Source: Myxococcota bacterium (lineage in GTDB: Bacteria; Myxococcota_A; UBA796; SXON01). Taken from it: a stretch of DNA of 64,000 nucleotides. The stretch is from positions 64,001 through 128,000 of the forward strand of contig JAZKFH010000025.1 in NCBI GenBank assembly GCA_040386535.1, in the 5' to 3' direction. Of the stretch, positions 1-10,497 are shown one piece after another. The notes beneath the pieces were generated by a model. The model was not told the origin of the DNA and did not search any database. It saw nothing but the letters and a program-made list of their open reading frames with translations. The translations under genes were made by a program, and so were the position numbers. Within the stretch, counting starts at the first letter, position 1, and each line of letters starts with the position of its first letter.

Positions 1-53
1 TGGGAGGGGTGAAGTATTCGGATCACAGCGGGGTGGTGGTGGAGGTGGGGTGA
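1..53 (+). CDS. 3' end of a probable endonuclease/exonuclease/phosphatase (EEP) family protein (partial)
   Basis: Frame from nt 3 reads GGVKYSDHSGVVVEVG-stop. A C-terminal SDH followed by a hydrophobic strand is typical of EEP proteins. Only 16 codons are visible. Confidence 0.45.
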   Translation, partial: GGVKYSDHSGVVVEVG

Positions 54-250
54 GGCAACCACGGGATGCGGATCTGGAAGTTCGCTAGGGTAGACCTGAG
101 TTGCTCGAGACTTCCAGCCCCAAGACGTCGATCGCCCCTCGCTCCTGGGCGAGGGGCGAGGGGCGAGCACGTACGGCCGGGGCCGATCAGGGGGCGGGCG
201 CCCGCCTCGGGCGGTGCCGGCCCCCTCCGGCAGGGTCTCCTGGGGCGCGG

Positions 251-429
251 ATCGGCCACAACCCAGGGGGCCTGGCGCAGGTCCCCCCACTTGTGGCGGA
301 TCCGTGCGTGCAAATCGGCCACAAGTGGGGGGACCTGGCGCAGGTCCCCCCACTTGTGGCGGATCCGTGCGTGCAAATCGGCCACAACCCGGGGGACCTG
401 GCGCAGGTCCCCCGACTTGTGGCGGATCC
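251..429. repeat. Three tandem ~63-bp palindromic units (REP/BIME-like)
   Basis: Units start at 251, 314 and 377. Unit 2 holds a perfect 20-bp inverted repeat GCCACAAGTGGGGGGACCTG-gcg-CAGGTCCCCCCACTTGTGGC (318-360). Linkers between units are identical. Confidence 0.9.
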
Positions 430-696
430 TGGGGTGCCGATCGGGCGACTTGCCGGACGCCCCGCCTCCGCCTCCCCCCCGCGCCAGGCGCCCGGAAGTC
501 GGCCGCCCGCCGCGGGCGGCCGGTCCCCGCCGCCGCGGCGGGACCAAGCGGCTCCGCCGCGCGACTGGAGGGCACCGACGGGGCCGCGTCCGCGCGGACC
601 CGGGGCGCCCGCACGCCGCGGAGCCCGCCGCGAGCGAGGACTGCGAATGATTATACAGGATTATACAGTCACTTTCGGGATGCGGATCGAGCGGTT

Positions 697-1437
697 TCAG
701 GGGCGGGTCGCTCTCCCTTCGGGCTCGCCCCCGTCGATCTTGGTGACCGCGTCCGTCGCCTCTTCGGCCACGGACCACCATCCCGGTACCACGCCCGTGT
801 CGGTTCGCGCGAGGTGGGCGAGCACCCCTCTGGCCTTCCTTGAGCGCAGCGCGCCCAGGCCGTAGCAGCACCAGAAGCGCACCTCGGCGCTGGGGTCGCG
901 CAGGTTGCGCAGCAGCGACGACTCGGCGAGCCGCATGCGACGGTTCCTCCGATCGGGCCCGCACATGTACGTCGATCCAAGCCCCTCGGCGGCCTGGCCG
1001 CGCACCCCCGCGGACTCGTGCGAATCGTCGAGACGCCGCGCGAGCGGCTTGATGCAAGTGTCGTCCGACATGTACGAGAGGACGATCGCGGCGGCCCATC
1101 GCCGCTCCTCGCGCGGGTTGCTGCTCAACACGACGCTGATGCTGGAGATCAGGCCCGTGTGGGCTGTCCGGGACAGCGCCTTGGCGACCTCGACGAGACG
1201 TTCGCTCGCCTCTTCTTGGACGAGCAGTCGGAGGAGGGGCCTGGCGAACGTGGGGTTCCCGGTGCGTCCGGCGATCAGGCAGGCGGCCGGAGAGTGCTCG
1301 CCCCACGGTGCGGCGAGGGCCCGGAGCAGATCACGCTCCGTACGCACGTCGAGACCGAGGAGGGCGCGCAGAGCGCCGGCGTAGCCCGAGGGGAGGTCTT
1401 CTGAACGCCAGGCCACGATCCGATCGAGGGGAAGCAT
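697..1437 (-). CDS. HEAT repeat domain protein
   Basis: Repeated helical units ('ERRWAAAIVLSY', 'VRGQAAEGLG', 'LRDPSAEVRFWCCYGLG'). Confidence 0.75.
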   Translation of the reverse strand: MLPLDRIVAWRSEDLPSGYAGALRALLGLDVRTERDLLRALAAPWGEHSPAACLIAGRTGNPTFARPLLRLLVQEEASERLVEVAKALSRTAHTGLISSISVVLSSNPREERRWAAAIVLSYMSDDTCIKPLARRLDDSHESAGVRGQAAEGLGSTYMCGPDRRNRRMRLAESSLLRNLRDPSAEVRFWCCYGLGALRSRKARGVLAHLARTDTGVVPGWWSVAEEATDAVTKIDGGEPEGRATRP

Positions 1438-1538
1438 CGGGGGATTCTACGACGTTCTTGCCGGCGTGTCGGGGAGGCGGTGCCGATGAACTCGTGTAAG
1501 CTACCCGGCGTCCCATCGTGGCTTTCACCGGAGTGCCG

Positions 1539-2612
1539 ATGCCCCTCGTCCTGCTCTTGACCTTCCTCATCGGCGCCGCGAACGCGGGTGACCGTGCCGA
1601 GAAGCTCGCCGCCCGCGCGACCGCGCTGTACGACGTGCGGAAGCTCGAACCCGCACGAAAGGCGGCCACGAAGTCCCTCGCGCTGCGGGAGTCGGTCGAG
1701 GCGCTCTCGGTTCTTCTGCTCATCGAGCTCGATGACTTCGGCCTGCCGCTCGATGTCGCCAAGCTGGGGAAGGACGCCGCCCAGGCCGAGATGAGGCGCC
1801 GGTTGGGCGTGCTCGACGCACGCATCGCGCAGCTCGAGCTGGTGCAGCCGAATTCCGTGGCCGTCGGCATCGTGCGCACGACACTGAAGGTCCGGTTCGA
1901 AGGGGAGCTCCTGCCCGCGTTGGCGCCGGTGTGTCCGGCGGAGGCGGTCGGCAACTTCAACAAGGCCGAGGCGGCGTTTGGGAAGCACGACTTGCGCGTG
2001 GCACTGACGGCGTATGACGCGGCGCTGGCGGCCTGTCCGAACGAGCCGACCTGGTGGACGTACTCGGGGGACGCGCTGAAGGGCATGGGCGACCTGCGCG
2101 GCGCCGTGGCTCGCTACGAACATGCGTTGACGGTGGACCCATGCCACCACGTCGCCCATCGCTTCGCGGCCGACACGCTGCTCGGGGTCACGGACCTGAC
2201 CGAGGAGGAGAAGGCCGGGCGCGGCATCCACGCGATCGACGCGGTCGTGTGCAACCCCCATTACGACGCCGGCTGGGGCACGCTCGGCGCGCTCTTCGAG
2301 GGCAGCGGGCGCGTGTTCGACCTGCGCCTGCAGGACCCCCAGGGCTACGAGCTGCTCCGCAGCCGCACGGTCGCGGGCGAAGGCGACGCCCTCGATCGGC
2401 GTGTCACGGCGGCGGCGGCCATCCTGGCGGAGGGACCCCCGGACACCCCGATGTGGGTCATCTTCGCGATCGCGCAGAAGGCCGACGCGCTCGTGGAAGC
2501 GGTCGCGTTCGAGACGCTCGACGAGGAGATCGCGGAGGCGTATCGGGCGCGGCGCTTGGGTCTGCGGGAGGGGTTGCGGGCTTGGGTGGTTGTTACGCGG
2601 ATGCGGGAGTGA
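1539..2612 (+). CDS. Secreted tetratricopeptide repeat protein
   Basis: Signal peptide MPLVLLLTFLIGAANA after a GGAG RBS; TPR-like 'WWTYSGDALKGMGDLRGAVARYEHALTVDP'. Confidence 0.75.
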   Translation: MPLVLLLTFLIGAANAGDRAEKLAARATALYDVRKLEPARKAATKSLALRESVEALSVLLLIELDDFGLPLDVAKLGKDAAQAEMRRRLGVLDARIAQLELVQPNSVAVGIVRTTLKVRFEGELLPALAPVCPAEAVGNFNKAEAAFGKHDLRVALTAYDAALAACPNEPTWWTYSGDALKGMGDLRGAVARYEHALTVDPCHHVAHRFAADTLLGVTDLTEEEKAGRGIHAIDAVVCNPHYDAGWGTLGALFEGSGRVFDLRLQDPQGYELLRSRTVAGEGDALDRRVTAAAAILAEGPPDTPMWVIFAIAQKADALVEAVAFETLDEEIAEAYRARRLGLREGLRAWVVVTRMRE

Positions 2613-2713
2613 AAGCCGAGCTCGGGAGTCTCGCATCTACGGCTGCGCGCCCCCGCCGCCAGCACAATGTGGGCACGCGCCTCCGCGTCGGTTGATACGA
2701 GTGGGCGGCGTCG

Positions 2714-3112
2714 CTACTCGGCCCAGTTCTCCACCTTCAGTCCTGCCACGCGGTCAAACTCTCTCGCGTTGTTGGTTACAACCGTGCGCCCAAGAGCCAA
2801 CGCGTGGGCTGCAATGAGCATGTCCAGGCTGCCGATTGGTTTCCCGGCACGCTCCAGCTCCGCGCGAATGGGACCATAGACAGCCGCGGCGGCATCGTCG
2901 AAGACCTCAACCCCCAGGGGCGCGAGGAAGGCGGCCAAGGCGAGCGCGTTCTGCTCCGGCCGCGCGCTCTTCGCGACTCCGTACTGGAGCTCCGCGACCG
3001 TGATCGACGAGACCGCGATGGTGTTGATGTCCACCTCCCGGAGTCGGTTCAAGAGCAATTGTGGCTTCCCCTTGATCAGGTAGATGCAGATGTTTGTATC
3101 GAGCAGCCACAT
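2714..3112 (-). CDS. vapC: VapC PIN-domain toxin
   Basis: MWLLDTNICIY, ITVAELQYG, IGSLDMLIAAHA, VTNNAREFDRV: canonical PIN/VapC motifs. Confidence 0.95.
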   Translation of the reverse strand: MWLLDTNICIYLIKGKPQLLLNRLREVDINTIAVSSITVAELQYGVAKSARPEQNALALAAFLAPLGVEVFDDAAAAVYGPIRAELERAGKPIGSLDMLIAAHALALGRTVVTNNAREFDRVAGLKVENWAE

Positions 3113-3339
3113 CAGAGGGACTTCCTCACGTCGGCCGCGGGCTGGGCACGCTCAGACATGAAGTCTTCGCTGAACTGGTCGAGGGCGGCCTCGAATCCGG
3201 CCCACGGGTCCTCTGTCGGCACGAGGAGCACGGCGTTTCCAACCCGCCGCACGAACACCTCCCGGCCAGGGAGAGCAAACTCCCGGGGCAGGCGCACGGC
3301 CTGACTTTGACCGTTGCGGAACAGCTTGGCGGTCGTCAT
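3112..3339 (-). CDS. vapB: VapB antitoxin (AbrB/MazE-type DNA-binding domain)
   Basis: MTTAKLFRNGQSQAVRLPREF; GGAGG RBS; stop overlaps the vapC start (TGATG). Confidence 0.93.
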   Translation of the reverse strand: MTTAKLFRNGQSQAVRLPREFALPGREVFVRRVGNAVLLVPTEDPWAGFEAALDQFSEDFMSERAQPAADVRKSL

Positions 3340-3353
3340 CTGAACCTCCGAGT

Positions 3354-3379
3354 GGGTATATATTCTCGAGTATATACCC
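3354..3379. promoter_or_regulatory. Palindromic operator of vapBC
   Basis: GGGTATATA-N8-TATATACCC inverted repeat just upstream of the vapB RBS; includes TATACT on the minus strand. Confidence 0.75.
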
Positions 3380-3602
3380 TTGACGGAGGGCCGACCACCT
3401 GAAGGACCGCGAGCGTATTCTCGACCTCGCTCCACGGATGACGCCCAAGCGTGTCCAGAGTTAGAAGACGACAGTGATCTCGGCAGCCACGCGGACCCTC
3501 ACCAGCAAGCGCCCCGGCAGCGGGGAGTATGATGGCTACGGCGGCCTCCAAAGCACGAGCGTGTCACACGCGGTGGGCTGGGTCGATGCGGGCGGACGCG
3601 TC

Positions 3603-4715
3603 GTGTCCGCGCTCCTGCTCGCAGGGCTCCTCGCAGCGCACGCGGTCGCGGCACCCCGCGTTGCGGACGTGCCGTGCGGAGAGGCGGAGCGCGCCGGTGC
3701 CAAGGTGGCGGACGACGCCTCGTTGATGGCCGAGCAGCTACGGGATCGGGCACGCGGCGCCGCCGAGTGGTCGACGATCCGGCCGGCGGCGGAGGCGTGC
3801 GCCGTAGGGGAGGGAAATCGCGTGGCGTGCGCCCGCGAGGTTGCCCGGTTCATCCGACGGGCCGGGCGTGTCCGCGTGGAGAACGTGCGAGGCGCCGAGC
3901 GGGCCGAGGCGGCGTGCGACCCGGCGATCGCGCGGGAACGCGCCTCGTCGTACGAGGTGTCCCTCCCCGAGGTCGGCTACGCGGCGTTCCTCCTCGCGCA
4001 GATCCAGGCGCAGGCGGCGCCTGTCACCGGCACGACGGCCGAGGGCGTTGTCGCGCTGCGCGCCGCGTACCTGACCGAACGGGATGCGGCAATGCGAGTG
4101 ATGCGGCTCGAGTCGATCGAGCGCCTTCGCGACATCATGAACAACTCGCACGGGGGTGCCTTCGACATGCTCCTCCGCCTCGCGGAGCTCTACGCCGACG
4201 AGGGCCGTTGGTTGGCGCTGGAGGCCGAGCGGGTGTGTCGTGGCACCCCGGGGTGCGAGCGCCCTGCAGACGCCGAGGCGGTGGCCTACTTCGAGAAGGC
4301 GTTGAAGCTACTGACCCAGCTATCGGACGCGCGGTTGGTGGGCGCCTGGCGCGACCGCGCCACCGCACAGTACCGCCTCGGCCTGAACCTCGAAGCGTTG
4401 GACCGGACCGACGCGGCCAAGGCGACGCTGGCCGACCTGGTTGCCGGGAACCCCCGGAGCGACCACGCGCGTGCGGCCGCGCTCTTCGTGGTCGAACAGG
4501 ACATGCCGCCTGATGTGTTCCTGCCCCGCGACGTGACCCGGGAGACAGAAGCGCTCGCCTATGCGCTTTACCGCCGCGGGCTCGCGCGCATGGTAGTGGG
4601 CGACCGCGCCCGCGGCTCCGTCCTCCTGGCGGCGGCCGCCCGCCTCGCTCACGACGGCGAGTGTTACGCGCTCGAGCTCGCCGTGCAGGACGCGCTGGCG
4701 CGCCTTGGAAGGTAG
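3603..4715 (+). CDS. Secreted TPR-containing protein
   Basis: Signal-like VSALLLAGLLAAHAVA (start uncertain; frame open from 3474); TPR-like 'AQYRLGLNLEALDRTDAAKATLADLVAGNPRS'. Confidence 0.65.
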   Translation: MSALLLAGLLAAHAVAAPRVADVPCGEAERAGAKVADDASLMAEQLRDRARGAAEWSTIRPAAEACAVGEGNRVACAREVARFIRRAGRVRVENVRGAERAEAACDPAIARERASSYEVSLPEVGYAAFLLAQIQAQAAPVTGTTAEGVVALRAAYLTERDAAMRVMRLESIERLRDIMNNSHGGAFDMLLRLAELYADEGRWLALEAERVCRGTPGCERPADAEAVAYFEKALKLLTQLSDARLVGAWRDRATAQYRLGLNLEALDRTDAAKATLADLVAGNPRSDHARAAALFVVEQDMPPDVFLPRDVTRETEALAYALYRRGLARMVVGDRARGSVLLAAAARLAHDGECYALELAVQDALARLGR

Positions 4716-4995
4716 TTACTGGCGTAGCGGCGTCCTTCGGGCGAGACGGCCCCCGGCGCACTCTTTGTGGCTGTTGATGCTCATGAGCTTCATGTGCTCA
4801 GCGATCAAGAACTCCTTGCCGTGCGGCGGACGCTCTTCCTGCCACCGAAGTGTACGCCGTGATGCGTACGGAAAGCCGGGGGAAGAGCGAAGAGCGGGAC
4901 TCCGGAGGAGATGCGCGCAGCGACTCGCACCAATGCGGGCTGTTCTCGCCGCATCGCGCGTAGGCGGTCGTACGGCCCCGGGATAGTAGGAGGAG

Positions 4996-5526
4996 ATGGT
5001 GCCCAGCCCCCGTCCCGACGAGCGCGCGCTACCCATAGACCTGGGGATTTGCTGGAACATCGGGGCGCCCACGCCCACGCTCGTGCAAAACGAATTCGAT
5101 GCGTGGCTGCTATTCTACGTACAGGAATACGACCCCGCATGGGAAGGCACCCACGTGAAGGTGCTGGACCCGGGTTCTCCGGGCGCGGAGGCCCTCGGCA
5201 TCATTCACTGGCTTGGTTGCCGGGGAGCTGTGCTCGGTGGTGTGAATGACGAGGCGCGCCACGGGCACCGCCTGTGGAACCGGGGGTTTAGCTCCGATAC
5301 CTACGGGGCCTACGAAGTACGCCCGAGTGCATGGATCAAGCGACTCCGTGACGAGAACCGAGTGCATCCGCGGCACAGCGAGTATCCGTTCACGATTCTG
5401 AGGCACTTCCTGCTTGGCTTCCACGATTCTACCTTTGAGTGTGTCGCGCGGAGTTTCTACATCGAGACGCGGCTGTGCAGCTATCGCGACGCCCTACGAG
5501 AGATCGCAGACCGGGCCGCCACGTGA
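4996..5526 (+). CDS. Hypothetical protein (176 aa)
   Basis: AGGAG RBS; globular composition; conserved-looking 'NDEARHGHRL' and 'HFLLGFHDSTFECVA' segments. Confidence 0.75.
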   Translation: MVPSPRPDERALPIDLGICWNIGAPTPTLVQNEFDAWLLFYVQEYDPAWEGTHVKVLDPGSPGAEALGIIHWLGCRGAVLGGVNDEARHGHRLWNRGFSSDTYGAYEVRPSAWIKRLRDENRVHPRHSEYPFTILRHFLLGFHDSTFECVARSFYIETRLCSYRDALREIADRAAT

Positions 5527-5707
5527 GCAGGGGCACGGGACCGGAGCCGCCGCGGTACGCATAGGGCGCTCTTCGTACGCCCACCAGGAGTGCTCCAAGA
5601 GCGAATGTCCCACTTGCCGAGAACGCCCCAACATCCCCCCAACATCCCCGCCCCCGCAGCGGCGGCGGTCCCCCGCCGTCCGTCTGCCCAGCCTCCCTGA
5701 CACCCGC

Positions 5708-7759
<2,052 letters not shown>

Positions 7760-7892
7760 CTATTCCGGTAGCGGGCCGGCGTGCCCGTGCTCGCCGACGC
7801 TCGCGGCGATCCGGCGGTTGGGCGCGGAGCCCCGAACAGCGCGACAGCCGACGACGCCGGCGCTACCATGGCGCGCCTCAAGGAACCGCCCC

Positions 7893-8267
7893 ATGCGCAC
7901 CTGGATCCTCGCCGCCCTTCTCCCCGTCGTCCTCTCCGCGGCGCTCCTCGGCTGCACCGGCCCGTCGGACAAGGACGACACGGGCGCGGCGGCGGACACC
8001 GACACGGACACCGACTCCGACACGGACACCGACACGGACCTCGGCCCCGACGGAGCCGCGCTCTACTCCGCGAACTGCTCCAGTTGCCACGGCGACTCGG
8101 CCGAGGGGACTCGCAGCGCGCCCCCGCTCGAGGGCGAGATGCGCCTGTCCGACACGCAGCTGGTGGGGATCATCCGCAACGGCAAGGAGGAGATGCCGGC
8201 AGTCGACGTGACGGAGGAGGAGGCCCTGGCCATCGTCGGTTGGCTTCGCGCGTTGTTCGGCGCGTAG
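7893..8267 (+). CDS. Monoheme cytochrome c lipoprotein with Asp-Thr repeat linker
   Basis: Lipobox LLGC, (DT)n linker, GAALYSANCSSCHG, distal 'MP' Met ligand. Confidence 0.85.
   Translation: MRTWILAALLPVVLSAALLGCTGPSDKDDTGAAADTDTDTDSDTDTDTDLGPDGAALYSANCSSCHGDSAEGTRSAPPLEGEMRLSDTQLVGIIRNGKEEMPAVDVTEEEALAIVGWLRALFGA
7995..8039 (+). repeat. GACAC(C/G) hexamer repeat encoding a DTDTDT linker
   Basis: gacaccgacacggacaccgactccgacacggacaccgacacggac. Confidence 0.8.
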
Positions 8268-8270
8268 GAG

Positions 8271-8296
8271 CGATCCGTTCCGGGCGGGCGCGCGTA
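8271..8296 (+). promoter_or_regulatory. Candidate ECF (RpoE/ChrR-type) promoter
   Basis: CGATCC-N16-CGTA directly upstream of the ECF sigma gene; resembles the TGATCC...CGTA motif known for sigmaE-ChrR systems. Confidence 0.55.
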
Positions 8297-8320
8297 CTCC
8301 GCTTGCCCTCGCCGGATGGA

Positions 8321-8893
8321 ATGGTATGGTCGCGCCGCGTGACTTCTCCCCTCTCTGCACTCACCGACGCCGCGCTCGTGACAGCGCTCGCGAATGGCGA
8401 CCGGTCCGCTTTGGGGGAGCTGTATGAGCGCTACGCCTCCCTGCTGCTGGCTGTAGGCATGCAACGACTGGGTGACCGGAGAGACGCCGAAGAAGTGCTC
8501 CACGATGTGTTCGTGGAGGCATGGCGCAATGCCGACGCGTATGACGCCGAACGCGGCACGGTTCGCGCCTGGCTCGTCACGCGCATGCACTCGCGCGCGC
8601 TCGATCGGCGGCGCTCCCCCGGGTGGTCGCGCCGCGCCCCGTATGACGACGCGCGCGCGGAGCGCATCAGCATTGACGACGATCCTTCGCTGGTGGTCGA
8701 CCGGGGCCGGGTGCAGTCCGCGCTCGACGAGCTGCCCGGCGAGCAGCGGCAGGTGGTCGAGCTCGCCTACTTCGCGGGCCTTTCTTCCTCGGAGATTGCC
8801 GAGCGGGAAGCCGTTCCTCTGGGTACGGTGAAGTCGCGCACGGCCGCGGCGCTCGGAAAACTCCGGGCCGGGCTGCTCGGAGGCGGCCGATGA
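8321..8893 (+). CDS. ECF RNA polymerase sigma-70 factor
   Basis: 'ALGELYERY', 'DAEEVLHDVF..AWR', 'LPGEQRQVVELAYFAGLSSSEIA...PLGTVKSR'. Start at ATG 8321 or GTG 8339. Confidence 0.92.
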   Translation: MVWSRRVTSPLSALTDAALVTALANGDRSALGELYERYASLLLAVGMQRLGDRRDAEEVLHDVFVEAWRNADAYDAERGTVRAWLVTRMHSRALDRRRSPGWSRRAPYDDARAERISIDDDPSLVVDRGRVQSALDELPGEQRQVVELAYFAGLSSSEIAEREAVPLGTVKSRTAAALGKLRAGLLGGGR

Positions 8894-9501
8894 CCCCGCA
8901 CGTGATCGAGCTCCTCCCCGACTGGATGAACGGGGCCCTGCCAGCGCCCGCGGCGAAGGACGTGGCGGATCACCTCGACACCTGCCCCGACTGCGACGCC
9001 GCGCTCGCGGGCTACCAGGAGGTGCTCGGCGCGTTGGCGCTCACGCTCCGCCCCGTGCGCCCCGACCCGGCCGTGCGCGCCCGCCTGTTCGACACGATCG
9101 CCTCCGGCCGGCTGCACCGCTTCGCTGGCCAGGTGTCCGCCCTGTTCGCCATCGGCGTCGCCGAGGCGCGCGACGCCCTCGACGACATCGATCGGACCGA
9201 CGGCTGGGAGCCGGCCGCGTTCCCGAGCGTCTCCCAGCGCCTCCTGGACGGCGCCCCCCCGGGCCACCTGATGGGCTTCATCCGGGTGCCCGCGGGCGTG
9301 CCGGTGCCCTGGCACGAGCACCTCGGCCAGGAGCGCACGCTGGTGCTCCAGGGCCGCCTCGTGGACGACGAGGGGCACGTGTACCGCCCGGGCGACGAGA
9401 TGCCCAGGTCCCGCGGCACCCGCCACACCTTCGTGGCCGACGGCGGGGTCGACCTCGTGTGTGGCGTCCTGATCGAAGGCGGGTTCACCCTCCTCGACTG
9501 A
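8890..9501 (+). CDS. Anti-sigma factor, zinc-binding HxxxCxxC plus cupin (ChrR-like)
   Basis: HLDTCPDC; C-terminal cupin 'PWHEHLGQERTLVLQGRL'; ATGA coupling to the sigma gene. Confidence 0.85.
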   Translation: MTPHVIELLPDWMNGALPAPAAKDVADHLDTCPDCDAALAGYQEVLGALALTLRPVRPDPAVRARLFDTIASGRLHRFAGQVSALFAIGVAEARDALDDIDRTDGWEPAAFPSVSQRLLDGAPPGHLMGFIRVPAGVPVPWHEHLGQERTLVLQGRLVDDEGHVYRPGDEMPRSRGTRHTFVADGGVDLVCGVLIEGGFTLLD

Positions 9502-9573
9502 TCGCGGGCTCGCCGATCGGGCTCGCCGATCGGGGGCGCGGTGCTTAGCCGATGCGTCCGCTCGGACGCACGC

Positions 9574-10494
9574 ATGCCCTGGACCGCCGACAGTCTCCCC
9601 GATCTCTCCGACCGTACCATCGTCGTCACCGGGGCGAACAGCGGGCTCGGGTGGGAAACCTCGCGGATGCTCGCGGTGCGGGGCGCGCGCGTGGTCATGG
9701 CGTGCCGCAACCAGGAGAAGGGCCGGGAAGCGGTGACGCGCATCCACGCGGTGCTTCCGACGGCGCGTCTCGAGCTGGCGAAGCTCGATCTCGGCAGCCT
9801 CCGCTCCATCCGGGAGTGTGCCGAGGAGCTGAAGGCACGTTTTCCCGTCATCGACGTATTGGTCAACAACGCCGGCATCATGGCCGTGCCGCGCACCTTG
9901 ACGGAGGACGGCTTCGAGACCCAGATCGGCACCAACCACCTGGGCCACTTCGCGCTGACGGGCCTGCTGTTCGACACGTTGCAGCGGAGCACGGCCCCCC
10001 GCGTTGTCAACGTGTCGAGCCTCGTCCACACCATGGGCAGCATGAACTTCGACGACCTGATGGGCGAGCGGAGCTACCAGAAGTGGATGGCGTACGGGCA
10101 GAGCAAGCTCGCCAACCTGCTCTTCACCTACGAGCTCCAGCGCCGGCTCGAAGCGCGCGGGGTCGGCATGGTGTCGGCGGCCGCCCACCCGGGGTATTCG
10201 AGCACCAACCTGTCCGCGGTGGGCCCGCAGATGGAGGGGTCGGCGTTGGGCGCTTCGTTCATGAAGATGGGGAGCGTGTTCGCCCAGTCCGCCGAGCGCG
10301 GCGCGCTCCCCACCGTGTACGCGGCCGCCGCTCCCGACGTGGCGAGCGGTGACTATTACGGCCCGGACGGATTGTTCGAGGTGTGGGGATACCCCAAGAA
10401 GGTGACCAGCACCGCCGCCTCGAAGGACGCTCCCACCGCCGCGAAGTTGTGGGAGGCGTCCGAGCGGCTCACATCAGTGAGCTGGTTGTCGTAG
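9574..10494 (+). CDS. Short-chain dehydrogenase/reductase (retinol-DH/WWOX-like)
   Basis: TGANSGLG, NNAGIM, NHLGHFALT, YGQSKLAN, HPG. Confidence 0.92.
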   Translation: MPWTADSLPDLSDRTIVVTGANSGLGWETSRMLAVRGARVVMACRNQEKGREAVTRIHAVLPTARLELAKLDLGSLRSIRECAEELKARFPVIDVLVNNAGIMAVPRTLTEDGFETQIGTNHLGHFALTGLLFDTLQRSTAPRVVNVSSLVHTMGSMNFDDLMGERSYQKWMAYGQSKLANLLFTYELQRRLEARGVGMVSAAAHPGYSSTNLSAVGPQMEGSALGASFMKMGSVFAQSAERGALPTVYAAAAPDVASGDYYGPDGLFEVWGYPKKVTSTAASKDAPTAAKLWEASERLTSVSWLS

Positions 10495-10497
10495 CGC

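Noticed and set aside
251..429. CRISPR array interpretation of the palindromic repeats
   Set aside because: The sequences between hairpins are identical rather than unique spacers, there are only three units, and no cas genes are in the window.
23..865. ORFs crossing the 63-bp repeats (23..1306-, 66..650+, 101..865+)
   Set aside because: The unit length is a multiple of 3 and the GC content is high, so frames stay open by chance. The products are Arg/Pro/Gly-rich, lack clear RBSs and overlap the HEAT gene.
4716..4990. Short ORFs between the TPR gene and the 176-aa gene
   Set aside because: No convincing start, RBS or motif. It may be a gene remnant, but the sequence does not support a call.
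9506..9531. GGGCTCGCCGATC tandem duplication after the anti-sigma gene
   Set aside because: Short and GC-rich; most likely a slippage duplication with no evident function.
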